DNA of 64,000 nt from Bacilli bacterium (GTDB taxonomy: Bacteria; Bacillota_I; Bacilli_A; RFN20; CAG-826): NCBI GenBank assembly GCA_028705995.1, contig JAQWCH010000004.1:11064-75063 (forward strand), in the 5' to 3' direction. A program made the position numbers and the translations under genes. The notes below the pieces were generated by a model. That model did not search any database. It was not told the DNA's origin and saw nothing but the letters and a program-made list of their open reading frames with translations. Below are positions 27,981 to 35,938 of the stretch, one piece after another. How positions within the stretch are numbered: position 1 is the first letter of the stretch; each line of letters starts with the position of its first letter.

Positions 27981-28499
27981 TTATGGTTTTAAACATCCAA
28001 TTGGTATAACACATATGCCGTCTTCTCTTTGATACGCAAATGGATCGGTAGCTGTGATAATTGCTAAAAATGCTGGTTCATTCATTTTGTCTTGATTGAT
28101 TTTTGCTTTTAATGCTTTTAAGGTGGCAGCACCTTCATCTATTAACGTTTGACCACCAACCTTAATTTCAATGAGCCCCCATCTACCATCATGTAGATGA
28201 ATCACCGCATCAGCCTCTAACCCTGATTTATCTCTATAATGATAGACATTACCCTCTAATGACTCTGTATAAATCTTTAAATCTCTTACGACTAGGTTTT
28301 CAAAAAGCAAACCAAATGTTTTTAAATCACGCATAAGATCATTTGGATTCGCATCCAAAATCGCTGTTGCTATAGATGGGTCAACAAAGTGTTTTGTCAA
28401 TTTTACAATGTGTGTTTTGGCTATTATTAAATGCTTGTTTTGCCAACTCTTTAAGAAACATTGAACCAACATACTCCTTTCCGACTTAGAAGTTTTCAA
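27981..28499 (-). pseudogene. C-terminal fragment of a DUF4143-type ATPase (the AAA_14 N-terminal half is missing)
   Basis: The 172-aa ORF matches only the C-terminal DUF4143 / restriction-endonuclease-like half as I recall the family (FVDPSIA...TFGLLFENLVVRDL...YHYRDKSGLEADAVI...GRWGLIEIKVGG...VIPIGCLKP). Full-length members are about 400 aa with an N-terminal P-loop. Only ~270 nt of non-coding DNA lies upstream before a tRNA gene. Confidence 0.55.
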
Positions 28500-28771
28500 A
28501 TCATAAATCTTTTACTTGTTTTTTGTAAAATACAGTTAAGCATTAGATGTACTAATTAGGAAAAATGTTCTACATGATATATCTAAATGATTTTTCTGCA
28601 CGTATAACTAATTTAACGTTCATTAATGAATGCCGATTAATGTATACCAATCAGACTAAACTAGCATTCCAATATGTGACTAAATAGAAAAAAGCCCTAT
28701 TACTAAGGCTCTAATTCGTGTGTGCTATATTTGATATGTAGTACTGTACTTCTACAACGACTTTTAAATTA

Positions 28772-28847
28772 TGGTGGAGCTGACGAGGATCGAACTCGCT
28801 ACCTCTTCGTTGCGAACGAAGCGCTCTCCCAGATGAGCTACAGCCCC
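28772..28847 (-). tRNA. tRNA-Ala, anticodon CGC, CCA encoded
   Basis: I folded the minus-strand sequence GGGGCTGTAGCTCATCTGGGAGAGCGCTTCGTTCGCAACGAAGAGGTAGCGAGTTCGATCCTCGTCAGCTCCACCA by hand. It gives a 7-bp acceptor stem with the G3:U70 Ala identity pair, D stem GCTC/GAGC, anticodon stem CTTCG/CGAAG with loop TTCGCAA, and T loop TTCGATC. Confidence 0.9.
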
Positions 28848-28966
28848 ACATTGATGCTAAACGCTTATTTATAATAATATTAAAAGTTGAGTAAATCAAT
28901 CAAAAAATATTACATGCAAATGGTATTTTTCAAGTCATTTGTATGTGTTTTTTTCAACCATTGAAT

Positions 28967-30178
28967 TTATTCTTCTTTTTGTTCTTCAATCAGTTCGACG
29001 GATTGTATTTTGTCAAACTTTTTATTCATAATGCGAACACGTTCATCAAACTCGTTGGAAGCATTATATGCTGTTTGAATATTCTTGAGAATCTTATCCC
29101 ATGAGGTAATGAATTTTGTAAAATCTTTCGAAAGATTATCTAACAATTTCGTGATATCTTCTGCGTGCTTCGCGCGTTTATACTCAATAATCAAACCATA
29201 AATTGATACGAGCATCGGTTGCAAAGTAGCCGGTGAGGCAATTACAACTTGAGCGCGCATCGCTTCATCCATTAATTCAGGAAATTCAAGATTGATATAT
29301 GAGTAAACACCATCACTGGGAATAAACATTACGGCCTGCCGTGCAGTCTCGCCAGAAATAATATATTTACCATGAATTGTTTGAATGTGTTTTTTAACGG
29401 CAGCACGGAAACTTGTTTTACTTTCTTTGCTATCGTCTTCGCGCGTGAAAATCCGTGCATATTCTTGATATGGAAATTTCGAATCGATACATACTTTTTT
29501 GTTTGGTTCAGGAAGAAATACAACCGCATCAGGCCGAATTTTTTCTCCGGTCTTTGGATTTTTAATCTCATATTGAAGCGAAAACAAATCTCGTGTATCG
29601 CCAAAAACGTTATGTAAGATTGATGATAATTGGAATTCACCAAATTTCCCACGTTGCTGATTGTTACTAAGAATGCCAGAAAGATTAGTTACTTCACCTT
29701 TAAGATTTTCTATTTGTTTTTGTGCTTCTTGGAGTTGGCCAAGGCCTTTTGCCACTTTTTCCATTTGTTCACTGGTCGTGGTAAAACCAGACTTTATTTG
29801 TTCATCAACGCGTTTATTAATATTTTCTAAGGCTTCATCAACCTTTTTTGTTAAATCTGTTAGTTTTTTTTCAAGACTTTCGGTAATATTGCCTTGAAAG
29901 CGTTCTAACTTCGTATTGTTCAACTCATTGGCTTCACTATTTTGTTTGGATACCTTTAGCATTTCCTCTTGTAAGGATATCTTTAATTGACTAGAGATAG
30001 CTTCTTTAACGTGCCCCATTTCGCTTTGAAGCCCACCGACAAGCCGATTAATCTCACTAAAATCAACATTAACTTGGGCGGGTTTGTTATCTTTTTTTCT
30101 TAAAACAAAAAATAAAATAATTGTCAAAATTTCTAAAGTCAACGTAATAGCTAATAGCGTAATAATTAATGGGTCCAT
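28967..30178 (-). CDS. rmuC: DNA recombination protein RmuC
   Basis: 403 aa with an N-terminal TM helix, a long coiled-coil, and a C-terminal RmuC nuclease-like region (GKFGEFQL...DAVVFLP...IDSKFP). Confidence 0.8.
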   Translation of the reverse strand: MDPLIITLLAITLTLEILTIILFFVLRKKDNKPAQVNVDFSEINRLVGGLQSEMGHVKEAISSQLKISLQEEMLKVSKQNSEANELNNTKLERFQGNITESLEKKLTDLTKKVDEALENINKRVDEQIKSGFTTTSEQMEKVAKGLGQLQEAQKQIENLKGEVTNLSGILSNNQQRGKFGEFQLSSILHNVFGDTRDLFSLQYEIKNPKTGEKIRPDAVVFLPEPNKKVCIDSKFPYQEYARIFTREDDSKESKTSFRAAVKKHIQTIHGKYIISGETARQAVMFIPSDGVYSYINLEFPELMDEAMRAQVVIASPATLQPMLVSIYGLIIEYKRAKHAEDITKLLDNLSKDFTKFITSWDKILKNIQTAYNASNEFDERVRIMNKKFDKIQSVELIEEQKEE

Positions 30179-30365
30179 TGTTCATGCTCCTTAAACGTTT
30201 TTGTTGTTGCTACCAAGCGTAGTTTTAATCTTATAAATAATATAACATCTTTTCGGTATTTTTTCCCCGCTTTTTCCTTAATAAGTCAATCGTAAAATCA
30301 AGACTGCAATCACAATTTTTATACACCTATAATAAGTTTAGTAAGAATAAGATTGGAGGCATGTT

Positions 30366-31616
30366 ATGGCACGATTTAATTATTATATCGCCATTGATTT
30401 AAAAAGTTTTTATGCCTCGGTCGAGTGTGTACTCCGTGGCTTAGATGCTTTTTCCACACCCCTTGCGGTTTGTGATCCAGAACGGGGACCCGGATCAATT
30501 GTGCTGGCGGTTTCTCCATACTTACGCTCATTAGGAGTCCCCTCACGACTGAGAAAATATGAATTGCCTCCACTTAAAGATTTAATTCTAGCACCGCCAC
30601 GGATGGCAACATACTTAACATATAATGCGCATTTTAATAATATTTTGCTCGATTATGTCGGTGAGGACGATCTACATATTTATTCGGTCGATGAATCATT
30701 TGTGAATATTGGTCCCTATTTAAAACTATATGAAAAATCACCCAATGAGTTAGCGTTAGAAATTTTATCAAGGATTAAAAATGAACTTGGTTTAACTGCG
30801 GTTGCGGGCATTGGCCCCAATATGTTTTTAGCGAAAATCGCAATGGATGTTGAAGCGAAAAAACGCCCCAATAATATTGCCCACTGGCGGCTAAGTGATG
30901 TTGAAAACAAACTTTGGCCTTTAACTCCGCTTAGTAAAATGTGGGGGATTTCTTCTTGTTTGGAACGCCGGTTAAATAATATTGGCATTCGCAAGGTTGG
31001 TGACCTCGCACTTTATTCTCGTGCCGCAATCAAAAATATGTTTGGTGTTGTTGGTGAAGCTTTATGGGAACACGCGAACGGCATTGATGATACAGACATT
31101 CGCATAAAGTATACGCCAGCTAGTTCTTCTTTGAGTAACGGACAAATTCTTGACCGTGATTATACATATGCGGAAATTTTCCAAATCGTTGTTGAAATGA
31201 ATGATGATTTAGCCCGACGTTTACGTAAACGTCAAGCGTGCACTGATCATATAGGCTTAATGATCCAATTTGCCAAAGAAGATGCTGGGAGTTTTCATAA
31301 GAATATCCGTTTGCTCATTGCCACCGATAATACTGATGAATTAGCTAATGCATTATTAAATATATTGAAGCAAAAAAATATCAAAGAACCGATTCGCGGT
31401 GTATTTATTAATTATGGACATCTAACGAGCAATAGTTATCAGCAGCTTTCGCTTTTTAACGATGAAGAAAAACAATTACAAGCACGATCATTAACAAAAG
31501 CATTAGATGACATTACTGATCGCTATGGTTTAAACGCCGTCTTGCGGGCCGATTCATTAATCAAAAGTTCTACCGCAAAACGCCGACACGAACAAATTGG
31601 AGGTCATCGGCGATGA
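30366..31616 (+). CDS. Y-family translesion DNA polymerase (ImpB/MucB/UvrX-like)
   Basis: 416 aa with a GGAGG RBS. The N-terminus YIAIDLKSFYASVEC and the SVDESF catalytic motif are typical of Y-family polymerases. Confidence 0.85.
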   Translation: MARFNYYIAIDLKSFYASVECVLRGLDAFSTPLAVCDPERGPGSIVLAVSPYLRSLGVPSRLRKYELPPLKDLILAPPRMATYLTYNAHFNNILLDYVGEDDLHIYSVDESFVNIGPYLKLYEKSPNELALEILSRIKNELGLTAVAGIGPNMFLAKIAMDVEAKKRPNNIAHWRLSDVENKLWPLTPLSKMWGISSCLERRLNNIGIRKVGDLALYSRAAIKNMFGVVGEALWEHANGIDDTDIRIKYTPASSSLSNGQILDRDYTYAEIFQIVVEMNDDLARRLRKRQACTDHIGLMIQFAKEDAGSFHKNIRLLIATDNTDELANALLNILKQKNIKEPIRGVFINYGHLTSNSYQQLSLFNDEEKQLQARSLTKALDDITDRYGLNAVLRADSLIKSSTAKRRHEQIGGHRR

Positions 31617-31918
31617 GTCGCGGAATGAAGCAATATTTACCATTTAAGTCATTACACGAACAAGGTGATGCCCTTAGTCAACTTTTTTATCGCCGTTATA
31701 AACAGGAAAAACCAATATTGAGTGCCGATCAAGCAGCGGTGATTGATGAATTTCTACGCGCTTATCGTGGCGAAAAAATTATTATCACTTATTTTATTGA
31801 TGGTTATCAAAAATGTTTAGAAACTAAAATTAAAAAAATCGATGTCGTTTATCAAAAATTGATACTATCAGACCACACAATTGCGTTTTCTGATATATTA
31901 AAATTAGAAAAAGTCTAG
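31613..31918 (+). CDS. YolD-like accessory protein of Y-family polymerases
   Basis: 101 aa with a 4-nt overlap with the polymerase gene. The size and the pattern (W/Y)LPFKSL...KPILSADQ...ITYF match YolD-like proteins. Confidence 0.7.
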   Translation: MSRGMKQYLPFKSLHEQGDALSQLFYRRYKQEKPILSADQAAVIDEFLRAYRGEKIIITYFIDGYQKCLETKIKKIDVVYQKLILSDHTIAFSDILKLEKV

Positions 31919-32021
31919 CTTTTATCATTATTAATCGCGTGTCAAAAACATATATTGAATGTGCGTTTTTATTTGAAATTATTTACTACTTTGTTATAAT
32001 GCTATGGCAAGGTAGACACTC

Positions 32022-32417
32022 ATGAAAAACACTATTCGCTCAGTCTTGATTAAATATAACGTTCATCCAACAAAACAACGGATAAAAGTATATGATTTCT
32101 TGATTAAAAATCCCACACACCCCTCGGCAGAAGAAATCTTCCGTGGCGTTTATAGTGAAAAAAATCCTATTTCACTAGCAACTATTTATAACACTTTAAA
32201 GCTTTTTGAAGAAAGTGGTCTTATCCGGACAATTACTTTAAGTGATGGTAAGAGCTACTATGATGCTTTTTTACATTCGCATGCCCATTTCTATTCGCTA
32301 GAAGATGGAAAAATTCACGATTTAGAACTTAATGATCAAGCGATAAAAGATCAACTTCCACCGGAAATGGAAGCTAAATTAGTAAATATAGTAATTTACG
32401 GAAACATTAATAAATAA
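32022..32417 (+). CDS. Fur-family transcriptional regulator lacking the Cys4 structural zinc site
   Basis: 131 aa. The winged-helix N-terminus reads PTKQRIKVYDFL...HPSAEEIF...ISLATIYNTLKLFEESGLI. The His-rich HSHAHF metal site is retained. The positions of the usual CxxC pairs read YSLEDG, and the C-terminal pair is absent. Confidence 0.7.
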   Translation: MKNTIRSVLIKYNVHPTKQRIKVYDFLIKNPTHPSAEEIFRGVYSEKNPISLATIYNTLKLFEESGLIRTITLSDGKSYYDAFLHSHAHFYSLEDGKIHDLELNDQAIKDQLPPEMEAKLVNIVIYGNINK

Positions 32418-32422
32418 TCACG

Positions 32423-32455
32423 AAACACCAGTAGAAATACCGGTGTTTTTATTAA
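32423..32455 (+). terminator. Weak rho-independent terminator after the Fur-family gene
   Basis: Stem aaacacc/ggtgttt with a 12-nt loop, followed by TTTATT. Confidence 0.45.
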
Positions 32456-32461
32456 AATAAA

Positions 32462-33067
32462 TTAAAATAAAAAGCCAAAAAGAAAATTAAAGGCCAGCAC
32501 CATTAGAACTGCTCCACCAATAAGTGGGGCATATTTTTTCATAAATGGACCAATTTTAATTCCAACCAAAACGCCAGTTAGTGATGTGGCGGTCGTGACA
32601 AGCGCAATAATTAACGCTGCAATCCAAATATTTGTTTGCGCAATTTGTTGCGTGTTGCCAACAAATATTCCAATTCCGACCGCTAAAGCATCGATACTAG
32701 TCGCAACAGCTTGTAATAAAACTTGTCGTTTTTTTAATCTTGGAGTATTCACATCACAGGTTATTTGTTCATCTTTATAAATTGCACGAAATCCTTCAAT
32801 CAGCATTTTAATTGCTAGTGCCGCTAATAAGGCGGCGGCGATAAACGTTCCAGCCGCTTCAAGCCACTTGATGTGCTCTTCTAAAAAGAAAAATAACCAA
32901 TAACCAATTAATGGCATCAGTCCTTGAAAAAGCCCGAAAAGACCAGCGATTAACCACATGCGGCGTTTCTTCATCGTTTGTCCATAGCAAAAACCATCAG
33001 TGATTGCGACTGTTGTCGCATCAATTGCAAGAACTAATGCATAAAGAATAATTGCCATAAATTTCAT
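32462..33067 (-). CDS. mntP: Manganese efflux pump MntP family
   Basis: 201 aa with six hydrophobic helices. The duplicated DUF204-type motif is present (AIDATTVAITDG and SIDALAVGIG). Confidence 0.75.
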   Translation of the reverse strand: MKFMAIILYALVLAIDATTVAITDGFCYGQTMKKRRMWLIAGLFGLFQGLMPLIGYWLFFFLEEHIKWLEAAGTFIAAALLAALAIKMLIEGFRAIYKDEQITCDVNTPRLKKRQVLLQAVATSIDALAVGIGIFVGNTQQIAQTNIWIAALIIALVTTATSLTGVLVGIKIGPFMKKYAPLIGGAVLMVLAFNFLFGFLF

Positions 33068-33111
33068 AAATAAGTTAAAACTCCGTAAACAAACATAACG
33101 GCTCTATTTTA

Positions 33112-33139
33112 ACAAAAAACCTTCTATCGCTAGAAGGTT
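33112..33139 (-). terminator. Rho-independent terminator after the aminopeptidase gene
   Basis: Hairpin aaccttcta-tcgc-tagaaggtt (33118-33139), followed on the minus strand by TTTTTTGTT. Confidence 0.7.
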
Positions 33140-33145
33140 ATTTTA

Positions 33146-34375
33146 CTAGATTGCCCAATTGCCTTGGCGGAATATCGCGATGCGTTTACCATCTGGGGTA
33201 ATACCATCAATATCAAGATCTTTTGTTCCAATCATAAAGTCCACATGGATCATCGAATCATTGACCCCCAATCCGAGGAATTCTTCTGGCTTGTATTGTT
33301 GATAGTCTTCAATACAGTTATTGAAACCAGCACCGAGGGCTAAATGACAGGCCGCATTTTCGTCATAAAGTGTATTTTGGAAAATAATCCCTGATTGACG
33401 AATTGGTGAATCATACGGTACGAGTGCGACTTCGCCAAGATAGGAAGCGCCTTCATCCATTTTGACCATTTGTTCTAATAATGCTTGATTTTTATCAGCG
33501 TGAACTTCAACGACTTTTCCCTTTTCAAAGCGCACAGAGAAGTTGTCAATTACTTCGCCTTGATAGCTTAGTGGTTTAGAGGAGTAAACAATACCCTCAG
33601 CATCACCACGCCGTGGTGTTGTGAAGCATTCTTCGGAAGGAATATTCGGATTAAAGAAATTGCCTTCTAATGTATGTTCGCCACCAGCAAGGAAGCGGGC
33701 GTTGGGTAGTAATCCAACGGAAAAATTCGTACCATTGCTCGCGCGGTATTCTAACCGTGTTAAGTGTAGTGAATTAAGTTTTCCGCTCTTTTCTTCTAGG
33801 TTAGCGTTATGTTCCCGCCAATTTTTAATCGCGTCACCATTAGCGCGTGAAGTTAATAAAATTGCTTCCCACAATGCATCAATCGCTTGGACACGTGGTA
33901 AATCGGGGAAAACAGCTTTCGCCCAGCCACTTGATGGAATACCCGCAATTGTCCATTGATAATGATTATCCATCGCGTCAATATATTTTTTAATAATCGG
34001 ATAAGATTTTTGCCGCGCTTTTGCCATTTTGCGTTGATTGATTCCTTTGGAACCATTTGGATCATCGCTTTCTAAATAAATGCGGACAGGTTTTACTTTA
34101 ATTTGATGTTCAAACCGCGCTTTTTCCCAGTCAGTAATTTCCGCCATCGTAGAAATACGTTCATACTTGACTTTGGTTTTTGCCAGCGGTTGATATTGCC
34201 AACGCACTTCGACTTTCCGTGCTCCAGCCTTATAAGCTTCTTTAACAACTAACTCAACAAATTCTGGTTGTTCGACACTAGCAAAAATTATCACATCTTG
34301 GCCCTTTTTAACATTTGCACCAACACGGACGATTAATTTTGCATACTCTTTTAAACGACGCACTAAAATCATCAC
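33146..34375 (-). CDS. M29-family aminopeptidase (AmpS/PepS-like)
   Basis: 409 aa with a typical M29 N-terminus (LKEYAKLIVRVGANVKKGQDV) and the C-terminal block EVALVPY...TLYDENAACHLALG. Confidence 0.85.
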   Translation of the reverse strand: MMILVRRLKEYAKLIVRVGANVKKGQDVIIFASVEQPEFVELVVKEAYKAGARKVEVRWQYQPLAKTKVKYERISTMAEITDWEKARFEHQIKVKPVRIYLESDDPNGSKGINQRKMAKARQKSYPIIKKYIDAMDNHYQWTIAGIPSSGWAKAVFPDLPRVQAIDALWEAILLTSRANGDAIKNWREHNANLEEKSGKLNSLHLTRLEYRASNGTNFSVGLLPNARFLAGGEHTLEGNFFNPNIPSEECFTTPRRGDAEGIVYSSKPLSYQGEVIDNFSVRFEKGKVVEVHADKNQALLEQMVKMDEGASYLGEVALVPYDSPIRQSGIIFQNTLYDENAACHLALGAGFNNCIEDYQQYKPEEFLGLGVNDSMIHVDFMIGTKDLDIDGITPDGKRIAIFRQGNWAI

Positions 34376-34473
34376 AATTCTCCTTTAAATCATATAAAAT
34401 GAATACTTTTTCTATTATAATACCTTTTGCCAAAAAAGATATGAAAAATGGCTTTATTAATCGAAAAAGCGAA

Positions 34474-34500
34474 TAACAAAAAACCGCCATCTGGCGGTTT
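34474..34500 (-). terminator. Rho-independent terminator after the ThyX-like gene
   Basis: Hairpin aaaccgcc-atct-ggcggttt (34481-34500), followed on the minus strand by a T-run. Confidence 0.75.
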
Positions 34501-34515
34501 AGCGTTTTGTTTTAT

Positions 34516-35109
34516 TTATTCGTTAAGCACAAAATCTTTAAAATATGGTAACCCTTCGCACCAGGTAGCGAATTGATGCCATTCAATTAACTTGTGATTA
34601 CGACGTTGAAAATACATTGTTTTAAGTTGCTGATAATTAGTTGTCATTGTCGCACTTAAGCAGAATCCAGAAGGTAAACTCGCGACAATTTGCCGCCATT
34701 TTGCAATTTGTGCTATTTTATCATTTTCATCAATTACTTTATATTCAGCGACTAGCTCGCGAATTACTTGCAAAATCTTTGGATGTACCTCATCAACAAC
34801 GCGTTCTTCAATGTTAAATTTTAATAAACAGTGCATCGTTGACTGTGAAGAAATAAAGTCAAACCAATGATAGCGTTGAGCTTCTTTCCACCAATAAAGA
34901 GGAGCGGTGACATCCAATTGGACAAGAATGCCCTTTAAAAAATTGTCATGCCCTTCGCCACCTTTTGTTCGAGCGAGATTACGCGCCCGACGGAAATCTG
35001 CTTCTTCAACTTGTTCTGTTGTTTCCAGTTTTGTGCGCATTGGATTTCCACTAGCTTTAACCGCGCGTTCGAGCCCATAAACTTGGGTATTATTAATTTG
35101 AAATTGCAT
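34516..35109 (-). CDS. Hypothetical protein with a divergent ThyX (flavin-dependent thymidylate synthase)-like pattern
   Basis: I prefer the ATG at 35109, which has GAGG 9 nt upstream, over the track start at 35124. The blocks GHDNFLKGILVQLDVTAPLYWWKEAQRYHWFDFISSQSTMH and LP...TTNYQQLKTMYFQRRNH parallel the ThyX core (GHxxxxEHxxFTFxVxAPIF...RHRxxSxxxxSxRY; ...N.R.L..F..LR), but the RHR/SxR signature is altered. The CDS is secure; the functional call is tentative. Confidence 0.5.
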   Translation of the reverse strand: MQFQINNTQVYGLERAVKASGNPMRTKLETTEQVEEADFRRARNLARTKGGEGHDNFLKGILVQLDVTAPLYWWKEAQRYHWFDFISSQSTMHCLLKFNIEERVVDEVHPKILQVIRELVAEYKVIDENDKIAQIAKWRQIVASLPSGFCLSATMTTNYQQLKTMYFQRRNHKLIEWHQFATWCEGLPYFKDFVLNE

Positions 35110-35893
35110 TTTGATAAGCCTCATATAAGTTTTTCATTAGTGATAGTCTTGTGAGTAAACCAATTCCCCCAGGAACTGGTGTTTGTAATAAAACTGGTAA
35201 TCCCGGTTCAATATCGCCATAAGTAACGCCATCGACCCGATTAATTCCCACATCAACAAGAATTGCGTCTTTTTTATATGTGTACGTGCGATCTAGATAA
35301 TACTTATGGCCAACAGCAACAACAATAATATCTGCGTGGGCGACATAGAAACGCATTGCTTCAGAAGTTGTTTTCGAATGGGCAACAGTCACCGTTGCGT
35401 TTTTTTGTAAAAGCAATTTAGCGGTGGGTTTCCCAACGATATTGGAACGGCCAATCACGAGCGCATTCTTTCCTTGAAATTGAACACCTTCACTAGTAAG
35501 GTAATCAACAATACCTTTGGGCGTACAAGCAACAAGTTTTGAATCAGGGTGAAAACCATCAACATCTTTACTTGGTGCGACCGCACGTTTCACTTTTTCT
35601 TCATTAATTTGTTTAGGTAGCGGCATTTGTACAATAAAGCCATGGACTTTTGGGTCAATATTTAATTTTTCAATTAGACTTAATAATTCCGCTTCTTCAA
35701 TCGTTATTGGTAGTTTGATGAGTTCTGCTTCGATACCAACCTCGGTTGCGTCATTAAGCTTTCCCCGAATATATGTGTTGGATCCCGGGTCATCATTAAC
35801 CTGGACAATTACTAAATGTGGTTTTAGTTGTAGTGGCGCAATGAGTGACTTTAATTTATTTTTTTCTTGTTCGACATATTCACGAATAATCAT
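35093..35893 (-). CDS. folD: Bifunctional methylenetetrahydrofolate dehydrogenase / methenyl-THF cyclohydrolase
   Basis: Motifs VQMPLP, KDVDGFHP, GRSNIVGKP, AHSKT and PVPGGIGLLT. The start is probably the ATG at 35893 (GAGGC upstream). The track start at 35929 lies 10 nt after the rnr stop and has no RBS. Confidence 0.9.
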   Translation of the reverse strand: MIIREYVEQEKNKLKSLIAPLQLKPHLVIVQVNDDPGSNTYIRGKLNDATEVGIEAELIKLPITIEEAELLSLIEKLNIDPKVHGFIVQMPLPKQINEEKVKRAVAPSKDVDGFHPDSKLVACTPKGIVDYLTSEGVQFQGKNALVIGRSNIVGKPTAKLLLQKNATVTVAHSKTTSEAMRFYVAHADIIVVAVGHKYYLDRTYTYKKDAILVDVGINRVDGVTYGDIEPGLPVLLQTPVPGGIGLLTRLSLMKNLYEAYQNAISN

Positions 35894-35938
35894 ATCTATT
35901 GCCTCAATTCTATAAGTAAATGGTATCAAAAAACTTGT

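Noticed and set aside
30179-30365. A LexA (Cheo) box between rmuC and the Y-family polymerase gene.
   Set aside because: No CGAAC...GTTCG-like palindrome was found by eye.
31920-31940. A Fur-box-like sequence, ttatcattattaat, just upstream of the Fur-family gene.
   Set aside because: It gives only about 9 of 14 matches to the TGATAATnATTATCA consensus, and AT-rich DNA readily produces such matches.
33068-33145. The expected yybP-ykoY manganese riboswitch upstream of mntP.
   Set aside because: Only ~78 nt is available, and most of it is the terminator hairpin of the upstream gene. No conserved riboswitch core sequence is visible.
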